NCBI GenBank assembly: GCA_018829445.1
Contig: JAHJTV010000055.1
Coordinates: 123,269 to 187,268 of the forward strand
DNA: 64,000 nt
Reading direction: 5' to 3'
Source of the DNA: a bacterium
GTDB lineage: Bacteria; SAR324; XYD2-FULL-50-16
The notes under the pieces were generated by a model. The model was not told where the DNA came from, did not search any database, and worked only from the letters and a program-made list of their open reading frames with translations. Position 1 is the stretch's first letter, and the number at the start of each line of letters is the position of its first letter. Position numbers and translations under genes: made by a program. Positions 18,525 to 27,005 of this stretch are shown here, piece after piece.

Positions 18525-19565
18525 TCAATTCAACAGATAGTACCGCCAGACATAGCTGTCTTCATCAATTATGGTGGGTTTTATTTTTATCCAAAATATC
18601 TCTTGATTCTTTCTGATCTGTTCAGGGGTAAGGTCATTTTTTTCAAGTTGAAATGGTCGGTTTGCTTTTAATCCTATCATCTGAAAGTATTGGGAATCAA
18701 TATTGTTTGTTACCTCAAGATTTTCAAAAACAGAGTGTTTGTCGTGCTGGACGGTTTTGACAAAAAAATGTTTCCCTTCCTTTTTTATAATAAATCCACT
18801 TTCCAGGGAGATAGCCGCTACATAGCCTTTTTGGGAATAATAGCGCTTTAATTGACGAACTCGTTTATCATCCAGATAAGGAAGCAGGGTATTGTTTTTT
18901 TCATAAAAACCTCCGTCAATAATGTATAACATGGGAATCAATTCAATACCCATGTTCTGGAGTGCATCCTGATCATATCCTCTCGCTCGGTTCTCAGCTT
19001 CATCATCAACCAATGGCACAAAGGCTTTTATTGTTTTATTAACAGTTTTTTCCTTTAGTAACATCAGAATATTCTGAAACTTAACGCCATTGTCGCCTTT
19101 CGGCAGGTTAATCCACTCCAGATCAACAATGATGCTTTCATAATCGACGCCCAGATTATTCAAAAATTCCAGGTTACCTAATATTATTGTTTGATGAAGC
19201 GTGTGGATTTTCTCAAATGCTGCGGCACCAAATGAATCCATCATCCATAATTCGAGATTAACCTGGCGTTCTTTCAGGACTTTGGAGAAGGTAACCAGGT
19301 TTCTTTTGCTGGTTTTGTAAAAAAACAACCCTCCCCTTTCAAAAGAATGAGCCTGCCCCAAATGCAGGATAACTTTGTTGTAGGATTTTGCTAAATCGAG
19401 GGCAAAATCGGTTATTTGAGTGTCTGTGCTGTCTCTGAATTTGGTGCGGATGTTTTCTCCACTCCCGATAATGATGCCTTGGGCAAACAGTGAATCCATG
19501 GGTAACCAGATTAACAGGAGAAACAGGATCTGTTTTAACAAGACAGAGTTGGCAGGAATTCTCAT
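18525..19565 (-). CDS. Hypothetical secreted protein
   Basis: 346 aa with a signal-peptide-like N-terminus (LLKQILFLLLIWLPMDSLFAQG). IIVDLEWIN is only faintly TIM-barrel glycosidase-like. Function unknown. Confidence 0.6.
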   Translation of the reverse strand: MRIPANSVLLKQILFLLLIWLPMDSLFAQGIIIGSGENIRTKFRDSTDTQITDFALDLAKSYNKVILHLGQAHSFERGGLFFYKTSKRNLVTFSKVLKERQVNLELWMMDSFGAAAFEKIHTLHQTIILGNLEFLNNLGVDYESIIVDLEWINLPKGDNGVKFQNILMLLKEKTVNKTIKAFVPLVDDEAENRARGYDQDALQNMGIELIPMLYIIDGGFYEKNNTLLPYLDDKRVRQLKRYYSQKGYVAAISLESGFIIKKEGKHFFVKTVQHDKHSVFENLEVTNNIDSQYFQMIGLKANRPFQLEKNDLTPEQIRKNQEIFWIKIKPTIIDEDSYVWRYYLLN

Positions 19566-19717
19566 TAAGATATAATCACGCTTCGAGAGAATAATAGCAG
19601 GCCCTCTTCAATATATACTCAGACTTCGCTAAACCTGAGTTGTACTAATATAAAGAGGACGTCAAAGAATTTTCGTCAAACCGGGGCAAGAACAGTTTCT
19701 TTCCCCGGTGACAGTCG

Positions 19718-20332
19718 TTATTTTTTATGTCCGCGCTCAGACACCAGTTTGTCGTATCTGTCGCGATAGACAGCGCCAAACTTCTGTTTCATGTCGGCTT
19801 CAATGCTTTCCACAAGCTTTACCGCTTTATCGAAGCTGTCTCCGCCCTGCTTTTTTTCAATCTTATCAAATTCGGCATCGAATTCAGCCATCTCATCATC
19901 GGAAAATGCCTCTTCAGCCATGGGATAAAAAACGTGATTCTCCCTGTTTACATGTTGTCTTTCCAATGAAACATAATAGCCGACATTTTCAGCAAGTCGG
20001 CTGAACGCGACTTCATCGTTACTTTTATACCCTTTAAGAGCTTCCTTGATTCTGGAAACCAGCTCACGGCTGCGCTCGTGTTGATCCCGTAGCGATACTA
20101 TCTGTGGGTCAATGGTCCCGCCTTTCTTTTCTGCCAGTTTTAAGAAAAGAACATATTCTTCTCGAAAATGGTGATATTTATTCATAAAGTTTTTCGAAAA
20201 ATCCAATGTCTTTTCAAATACTGATGCGGGAACAGCTTCTCTCTCCACCAGAAAGTCATGAGCGATAAAAAGATTATCGAGATACCGTTTTATCAATTTG
20301 TGATCATCCTTCAGTCTGTCCAGTGCTGTCAT
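19718..20332 (-). CDS. Hemerythrin (HHE cation-binding) domain protein
   Basis: 204 aa with repeated His/Glu ligand contexts (DHKLIKRY, HHFREEYVLF, QHERSRELV, ENHVFYP). Confidence 0.8.
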   Translation of the reverse strand: MTALDRLKDDHKLIKRYLDNLFIAHDFLVEREAVPASVFEKTLDFSKNFMNKYHHFREEYVLFLKLAEKKGGTIDPQIVSLRDQHERSRELVSRIKEALKGYKSNDEVAFSRLAENVGYYVSLERQHVNRENHVFYPMAEEAFSDDEMAEFDAEFDKIEKKQGGDSFDKAVKLVESIEADMKQKFGAVYRDRYDKLVSERGHKK

Positions 20333-20498
20333 TTGATTCCTCCGTACTTGGGATTAATGTTAAAAGTTCAGTTACATGTATCTAACACTTCGATTCATCG
20401 ACTCCCCACGATATAAATGGCAATCGATCAGCTCTACACATTCAAGTCTTTGAAACTGACTGAGTCATCCTATCACCGTCATGTTAAAATATCTATTT

Positions 20499-20520
20499 TT
20501 TATTCTATTAATAGAATAAA
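20499..20520. promoter_or_regulatory. 22-bp perfect palindrome, candidate operator
   Basis: TTTATTCTATTAATAGAATAAA reads identically on both strands. It lies ~170 nt upstream of the hemerythrin start in a 1-kb non-coding gap. Confidence 0.35.
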
Positions 20521-21348
20521 GAGTCTTATTTTGTTTTTTACAAAGATCATAGGTTTCATAAAACATGCCATCACTAATATATTTGTACTTCATTGAATTT
20601 ATGGTGCTTTATATTGATGATTAACACCAGAATCAGTATGTGTCTCAATTTGCTTGAGACATATGTGTCTTTTATCAGCCTGGAATAGGATGCAGATAAC
20701 ATGAGAACAGATTTTGAAAGGGAACAAAACTCTATTTGAGGAGTGATGTCAGGCAAAAGGAAATATCTTACAAGCCACCCAGGTCAGAGTATGAAATCCT
20801 GACAATATGATGTTGGCAATATTACATGGCAAATGATAATTTTTAGAAACAACTCACTATAAAATGCCTTTGTTTGGATTGCAGGAACAATTTAATTCAA
20901 GGTAAATAACTGAATCGTTTATATGATAAACAAATTGGATCTTGGAACTTGACGAAGGATAGGTTTTTTCACTGCAGAATGAACTTAATCCTGAATACTT
21001 GCCTGATCTCTTTTGCTTATAATATAGTTTTTGTATTCCATCTTACTTACACAGACCAACAAAATTGGGAGTTAAAAGCAAACCGGGTTAAATTCTTCCG
21101 GAAAATGTAAATCTTGTTCGGGTTCAAGCTCAAGCAAAATTCAGGCAGAGAATGCGTTGTGTGGTGCAAATGAGCAATTTCTTGCCATTTTGCCGTATTC
21201 CTACCAAAACTTCCGATAAGTACTTTCTGGAATTCTTTGTTTACTCTTTTCTGAAATAGTAAACCTTCTGCCATGCTTATTCGAAAGGATCTTTTAAAAT
21301 AAATGTGCAAATCAATGCACAATAAAAATTTTTCTGTGCTGGAGAAAG

Positions 21349-24300
21349 ATGAAAGACAGGATCTCCAAGTTCTTGTTTGATAGGCGCGATTACGAACTGC
21401 TTCAGATAGTCAGTGATGTTTTAAAACAGGACCGTACCCGCCAATATGCTCGCCAAACCTACAACCCTTTGTTTCATCCCAATGGTATTAAAGAATTGGC
21501 TGAATCCAAGGGGCTTCGAATCGCATATGCGGTTGTTTCATTGGTCAGCTCCCTTCAAGGACAAGATGCCGATAGGCGCATAAGCGCTTTGAGAGCTTTG
21601 CGACATGAAATTATAGATACGGCGCCTGGTACTATGCCAAAAAATACAGCCCGGGTTTTGCTGGAGATCATGAAAGAACTGGTCAGGTCTCATGAAAATG
21701 TTCGCCGTCAGTTGGAACTGGCACATGACTTTCGGATCACAGCCACTGGAAAACCGCATGAGGTGCGCCAGCAGCTAAAAAATTACCATTTGCTGGAAAT
21801 GCCCGAAGAATGGAACCAGATTGCATTTGATGACCATGTTCACGATGTTAATACGAAAGGTCGAAAATCATCTACCCATTTAATCATGGATGCCTGGATA
21901 AAAGGAATTCGACGTTTGCGAGTCATTCACTATAATTATATCGCTCCAAGTTTTGCATCCGAATTGCTGGCAGCATCAGAAATTATGGGAATAGATATTC
22001 GTATTGGCATTGAATTTCCAGTTCGGTTTCGCAATAAGTACATTCAATTAATCTGGGTACCGCGGGGGTTTACCAGTGCTCAAGACTTCATGTGTTTTCT
22101 GCAGGAAGAGCGGGTGCAGATTGTCATGGAAAAGGGCCGCAAGGTTTCAGATTTTCAACAAGCTCACATTATGGATCTGTTTGCCGAATTCAATCGAATC
22201 CATTTAAAGAGAATAGGAGATGACCTTGGAATCGAGTTACTCCCGTTAGATGAAAAAGCCTTCTTGGATTTTGTGGGTATTGGACAAAAATCAAAACTGC
22301 ATCTATCAAAATTCATACACAGCCACATCCTCAAAGCTGTTCACCTACACTTTAAAAAAGAACAAGATCAATTTGATCCCAAGACATCAGCGACTAATCC
22401 GGCACAGGGAGTCATCAACCATATCCCAGGGAACATTAATATCGAGAAACAGATTAAACATTGCATGACTCCTGAGCAAAACTCCGGGTTAATCGATCCT
22501 GATCAGGTTTATGATCCAGACCATGTTCCGGAATTTCTTCGACTGAGTCCTATTGAGTTATTGGATAAATTGATTCCCTTGCGCTCCGGGTATCGATTCA
22601 CTTTAAATCTAACCCATTTGGATGCCTCGGATGTATTGGAAATTATCTATGACTGTGAAGGAGCAATTACAAGACTCGAAATCTTTAATCTCAAAGACTA
22701 CGCCGCCGGATTGACTAATGATTTAGCCAATATCAGCGAACTTCAGGCGGCTATTAATAAAAAAAATGTTATTATCCTCAAACGGGTTATTCATTCGATC
22801 ATAGACAATCTCGCAGAATCACACCATGTAGACCGTGAGGATCGTATCCGTAAATTGACCGTTGTTTTGCATGATATCGAACGATTGGTTCTGTTGTACA
22901 GAAACCGCTCACTTAAAGCTCGCATTGGCAGTGATTCAACTGGACGATCGCCCAAAGCGCATGGGATGGGTCTGGCACTAATCGAGACATTACCGTATAG
23001 AGCTCAGCGCCAAATCGGGCGGCGAACGGGGCCGACTCGGGATATCATCCCGATTACCATGGCAGCTTTTCGGCAACTAACTTTTATTCCAAAAAGAAAC
23101 TATGGATATTTTCTTAAATTCTTGAATCGGATAACTCAAAGACTGGGAATTTTGCAGGGTATCGGGCACAAACGTGTTTTAGGCTGGAAAGTGCAGGATA
23201 CCTCCATCCGGATGCAAACGCCCGGGAACATTGTCACTCTGGGAGGTGTTCAGAAAAATGGACCCAATCACCTTGAACTATCACCGGTAATTGATCCGAA
23301 AACAAAAAAGCGCCTTTCCTGGCGCTATCTTAATACACGACTTAAAAACTCCTTAAAGGTGCTGATCGGTTTTATTCCGGCTTTTGCAACTTTTTCCCTT
23401 ACCAAAGACTGGTGGTTGTTAGCTTACGGAGGTGCGTTTATCTGGTTTGCTATTACCGGCCTGCGTAACATTTGGCAGTCGGTATTGGGAGGCGGTGGAT
23501 TACGACGTTCTCCGCTATTGCGCTGGAATGATTATGTTAGTTGGGATCGGCTGACTGATTCCCTGATGTATACTGGTTTCTCAGTTCCACTGCTCGATTA
23601 TCTCGTCAAAACGGTCATTTTGGATCACATGTTTGACATCACAACAACCACCCATCCGATTCTGCTTTACAGTTTTATGGCATTGGCTAATGGCATCTAC
23701 TTGTCCAGTCATAATGCCATTCGCGGCTTACCGCGCACTGCCGTGGCAGGTAACTTTTTTCGCTCCGTAATCTCAATCCCTGTTGCCATTATCTTTAACA
23801 CGATAGCAGGTTTTTTTATGGCAACAGCGGGAATTGGAGGTATTGATAATATCCTGCAAAAATGGGCCGCTGTAATTTCCAAAGCTGCTTCGGATTTGGT
23901 GGCTGCCTTTATTGAAGGCTTGGGAGATCGTATCGACAATATTCGCCTTCGATTTCGCGATTACCGCCATAAACTGGCTGATCTGATTGATGTTTATGCT
24001 CAATTGGAGGTGATGTTTCCTGAAGTCCAAACCACTGAAATCCTCAATCAGCCCTGTCGATCATCTGAAAAAACCAAAACCGAGGTGAGCGACTTGGAAC
24101 AAATCATCATGGTGCACGCGCTGGACCTGCTCTATTTCTGGATGTACCAACCCCGGGCCAGTACAGCCCTGGTAAAACTGCTCGAAACAATATCTGAAGA
24201 TGAACACGAGATTTTTATCACTTCCCAACTGGTTCTGGAACGAGACCGGGAGATCTGTCAATTGATGATTGATGGCATATTAGGCAAAGATTTTGCCAAG

Positions 24301-24366
24301 GCTCTGGCGTTTTATCTTTCCCGTTCAACAGAATACCTTCGATTTATCAAGGATTTGGCGGCATAA
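21349..24366 (+). CDS. Large hypothetical membrane protein (1005 aa)
   Basis: ATG with GGAGAAAG upstream. The ~650-aa N-terminal part is soluble-looking. It is followed by several hydrophobic helices (e.g. LKVLIGFIPAFATFSL, WWLLAYGGAFIWFAITGL, ILLYSFMALANGIYL, VISIPVAIIFNTIAGFFMA) and a ~150-aa C-terminal tail. No family recognised. Confidence 0.75.
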   Translation: MKDRISKFLFDRRDYELLQIVSDVLKQDRTRQYARQTYNPLFHPNGIKELAESKGLRIAYAVVSLVSSLQGQDADRRISALRALRHEIIDTAPGTMPKNTARVLLEIMKELVRSHENVRRQLELAHDFRITATGKPHEVRQQLKNYHLLEMPEEWNQIAFDDHVHDVNTKGRKSSTHLIMDAWIKGIRRLRVIHYNYIAPSFASELLAASEIMGIDIRIGIEFPVRFRNKYIQLIWVPRGFTSAQDFMCFLQEERVQIVMEKGRKVSDFQQAHIMDLFAEFNRIHLKRIGDDLGIELLPLDEKAFLDFVGIGQKSKLHLSKFIHSHILKAVHLHFKKEQDQFDPKTSATNPAQGVINHIPGNINIEKQIKHCMTPEQNSGLIDPDQVYDPDHVPEFLRLSPIELLDKLIPLRSGYRFTLNLTHLDASDVLEIIYDCEGAITRLEIFNLKDYAAGLTNDLANISELQAAINKKNVIILKRVIHSIIDNLAESHHVDREDRIRKLTVVLHDIERLVLLYRNRSLKARIGSDSTGRSPKAHGMGLALIETLPYRAQRQIGRRTGPTRDIIPITMAAFRQLTFIPKRNYGYFLKFLNRITQRLGILQGIGHKRVLGWKVQDTSIRMQTPGNIVTLGGVQKNGPNHLELSPVIDPKTKKRLSWRYLNTRLKNSLKVLIGFIPAFATFSLTKDWWLLAYGGAFIWFAITGLRNIWQSVLGGGGLRRSPLLRWNDYVSWDRLTDSLMYTGFSVPLLDYLVKTVILDHMFDITTTTHPILLYSFMALANGIYLSSHNAIRGLPRTAVAGNFFRSVISIPVAIIFNTIAGFFMATAGIGGIDNILQKWAAVISKAASDLVAAFIEGLGDRIDNIRLRFRDYRHKLADLIDVYAQLEVMFPEVQTTEILNQPCRSSEKTKTEVSDLEQIIMVHALDLLYFWMYQPRASTALVKLLETISEDEHEIFITSQLVLERDREICQLMIDGILGKDFAKALAFYLSRSTEYLRFIKDLAA

Positions 24367-24642
24367 CCCACCAATGTGAATTTTTACAGGTCCACTTTAT
24401 ACCTGCTGTACCTGCTTGTTGGTGAATAGAAGGTGAAAACCGATTTGAAGTGAATCAACTCCCAATAAAAAAATGTCAATAACCGGAGATGAGGATGTTG
24501 CTGGTTGTGAAAAAGTAACAGGGTGAAGCCTTGAATCCGGTGCCACAACCTAACCCAGATCAACTGGAGTAGCACCCTAAAAGTAATTTCTGCAAAAAAC
24601 ACAGAAAATGACTTATAAGGTACTAATCAATATGGATAAGTG

Positions 24643-25182
24643 ATGAAAGATTTAATCGAAAAATATATCAGGCTGGTTATCAAAAGCGGTGCCACAGACG
24701 CAAAATTGATTCACCCAAGTTCCGTGGTAACAGCCCCATGGGTACGCATTAAATGCCAGTTTGGTTGTCCGGCATATGGACAGAGTTATTGTTGTCCCCC
24801 TGATACACCTGACCATCACCAAACCAGGGAAATGCTGGATTCATATCAGCGTGCGATTCTGTGTCATGTTGAAGCTCCTAAAATACAGGGGAAAAAAAGG
24901 CAGTTTAAAAAATATTATACTAAACTGGTTGATCTTGAAGGGTTGGTATTTAAGGATGGATATTATAAAGCTTTCCTGTTTCTTTCCGGCCCATGCAGGC
25001 TTTGCGGTGAATGTGAGAAAATGAACGAAAAACCCTGTCAGCATGGCTACAAGGCAAGACCATCTATGGAAAGCTGCGGGATTGATGTCTTTCAAACAGC
25101 CCGAAACAACGGTTTATCCATTGATACACTGTCGAAGCCGGACGATACGCAGAATGTCTATTGCCTGCTGATGGTGGATTAA
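24643..25182 (+). CDS. DUF2284-like predicted metal-binding protein
   Basis: Cys-rich signature CQFGCPAYGQSYCCPP and a later CRLCGECE...C. ATG at 24643 (the ORF track starts at the GTG one codon upstream). Confidence 0.75.
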   Translation: MKDLIEKYIRLVIKSGATDAKLIHPSSVVTAPWVRIKCQFGCPAYGQSYCCPPDTPDHHQTREMLDSYQRAILCHVEAPKIQGKKRQFKKYYTKLVDLEGLVFKDGYYKAFLFLSGPCRLCGECEKMNEKPCQHGYKARPSMESCGIDVFQTARNNGLSIDTLSKPDDTQNVYCLLMVD

Positions 25183-25184
25183 CC

Positions 25185-25228
25185 CGGACTTCAATTCTAC
25201 ATTTGAATATATCTCGAATCGAAGTCCG
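25185..25228. terminator. Hairpin between convergent genes (weak terminator candidate)
   Basis: CGGACTTCAATTC (25185-25197) and GAATCGAAGTCCG (25216-25228): a 13-bp stem with one mismatch and an 18-nt loop. No strong U-tract. Confidence 0.35.
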
Positions 25229-25317
25229 AAATGACAAGACGCTGCAAGCTTCAATGATTAAACCTTGATAAGAGTAAATATAAGGACATCAGTATTTGAA
25301 AACTCAAATAAGACCTT

Positions 25318-26220
25318 TTACCAGTTTCGCTTTTTCGAAATGGTATGATTGATGGCTACTTCAATTGATCTTAGAAACTCCTGTTTGTTTTCTCCCAGTT
25401 CCCCCTTCAGACTCAGATAATTAGATGCGTGGTTGGTGTTGAAGATACAGTTCTGGAGATGGTCGTCGGTATGTTCGATCATGGTATATAACTCTTCCAG
25501 GATTTGGATGAATGATCCCGGTTGAAATTCTCCACATTGCTGTTGTGCCCATAATTCAGATCCAGGGGCGATTTCCAGGGTTAACGGCGAAACATACCAT
25601 TTAATTGGTTTGACAGGCGCCATTCTGTTTATCAGTTTTGCTGATTCGATTGCGTGTTTTCTGCTCTTCTCCTTGTCGTTTCCTGTCAGGCCAAGCAGAA
25701 AGATGCCGGACCAGGCGATTCCTGCCTGATGACATTTGTGAGCCGCAAGCGCCAATTCGTCTTGGTTTGTTCCTTTCTTACAAGCCTTCAGCACGTCATC
25801 ATCTCCACTTTCAACTCCGACGTAGACCATGGTGAATCCGGCATCGGCAAGATTATTGAGCTCCTCATCCGATTTTTTGACGATGTCTTTGGCATGAGCG
25901 TAAGCACTGACTTTTTCAAGATTCGGATGTACCTTGTGACAATACTCCGTTATTTCAATTAATAACTCAGATTTTACCGTAAATGCGTTTCCGTCTTCAA
26001 AGAATATCTTGCGCACTCGATTTCCATATAGAGCTCGAGCCTGATCGATCTCTCTTTTAATCTCATCGATATCTTTTCGAATCTCGAATTTTTTAGTTCT
26101 ATACATGGAACAAAAGGTACAACGATGCGTGCATCCGTTTGTAATCGCAATTAGCAAAGCGTCCCACTCGGATGGTGGCCTAAAAACGGGTTCTGTTAAA
26201 TTACCGACAACAAAATTCAT
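25318..26220 (-). CDS. Radical SAM protein
   Basis: 300 aa with CX3CX2C near the N-terminus (TNGCTHRCTFCSMY). Confidence 0.85.
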   Translation of the reverse strand: MNFVVGNLTEPVFRPPSEWDALLIAITNGCTHRCTFCSMYRTKKFEIRKDIDEIKREIDQARALYGNRVRKIFFEDGNAFTVKSELLIEITEYCHKVHPNLEKVSAYAHAKDIVKKSDEELNNLADAGFTMVYVGVESGDDDVLKACKKGTNQDELALAAHKCHQAGIAWSGIFLLGLTGNDKEKSRKHAIESAKLINRMAPVKPIKWYVSPLTLEIAPGSELWAQQQCGEFQPGSFIQILEELYTMIEHTDDHLQNCIFNTNHASNYLSLKGELGENKQEFLRSIEVAINHTISKKRNW

Positions 26221-26339
26221 AATAGGTTTCTTTTTGTAAAGAGATTTGCAGGTTAAGACCTATAATTAGAAGAGAAAGTGTGGTTGTTTCATCAAGGTAT
26301 TCGGTTTTTAAGCGGTTATTTGAGTTTACCACCTTGTCT

Positions 26340-26978
26340 ATAATTCATATCAAACGATCAACAGCACGGCAATGGATATAGCCATTTGATCTATGTTTTG
26401 CTCAAGAATGCAGTATCTTTTAGCCTGATTGAAGTGAGGTTAAAACCTGGTCTCTATTGATAGTTAACCAGCGATTGATCTCCCAAAACCGGTTAATCAT
26501 CAGGATATAAATACCATAGGCCTGATCAACTGATGGCTTTGAGCTCTTCTTGTCAGATGTAGTCCATCTTTTCTGATATTTCTGATATTGATGAACTTTA
26601 TTCCGAGAAGCGACATGGGAGGTCTATTTTGGATTATTAACCTTTATGCATAAGGCAAGTTCCGCATTGGGAATTTCCATAGTATCTCAGGTGATATCTC
26701 TGACCGGATATATAAAACCGATAGAACAGGTTATCGATGGTACCGCCAGGCTGGTCAAACAGGAACAGTCAGCAGAGTTTATCCTCACTCTAAAAAAAAA
26801 ATTTGCCATACTTTCCATTGTTTTTTTATGCATTTTTGCCTATAACATTTTTAGGTATCGTTTAACACCGGATATTCATAACCGATTGAACATGTTTTCG
26901 ACTGCACGGCGATCTGGAGCCGCCTTTGATGCTGATGAAAGAGAAAATATAGAATGCCCTGCAAGGAGAATAACTTGA
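26340..26978 (+). pseudogene. GPH-family sugar symporter, C-terminal remnant
   Basis: One frame reads SIFSDISDIDELYSEKRHG (like the ADxxDYDE..GKR.EG motif). It shifts to REATWEVYFGLLTFMHKASSALGISIVSQVISLTGYI...FAYNIFRYRLTPDIHNRL (typical GPH C-terminus). The upstream part carries multiple in-frame stops, and the left boundary is uncertain. Confidence 0.55.
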
Positions 26979-27005
26979 AGATGTTTTAAACGAACAAGGA
27001 GTCAC

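Noticed and set aside
21047-21322. The 91-codon minus-strand ORF upstream of the 1005-aa gene, considered as a possible transposase or regulator remnant.
   Set aside because: No recognisable motif (DDE, HTH, etc.), no RBS, and it sits in an AT-rich region where random ORFs of this size are expected.
21835-21891. HVHDVNTKGRKSSTHLIMD in the 1005-aa protein, considered as a phospholipase D HKD motif.
   Set aside because: It does not fit HxK(x)4D spacing (no Lys two residues after either His in the right register), and there is no second HKD copy.
24480-24600. A cobalamin riboswitch upstream of DUF2284, because of GGGUGAAGCCUUGAAUCCGGUGCCAC.
   Set aside because: No B12 box (AGYCMGGAGACCKGCC-like) and no GCCACUG element are present, and the region is shorter than the usual core. 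It is kept only as a generic structured-leader candidate.
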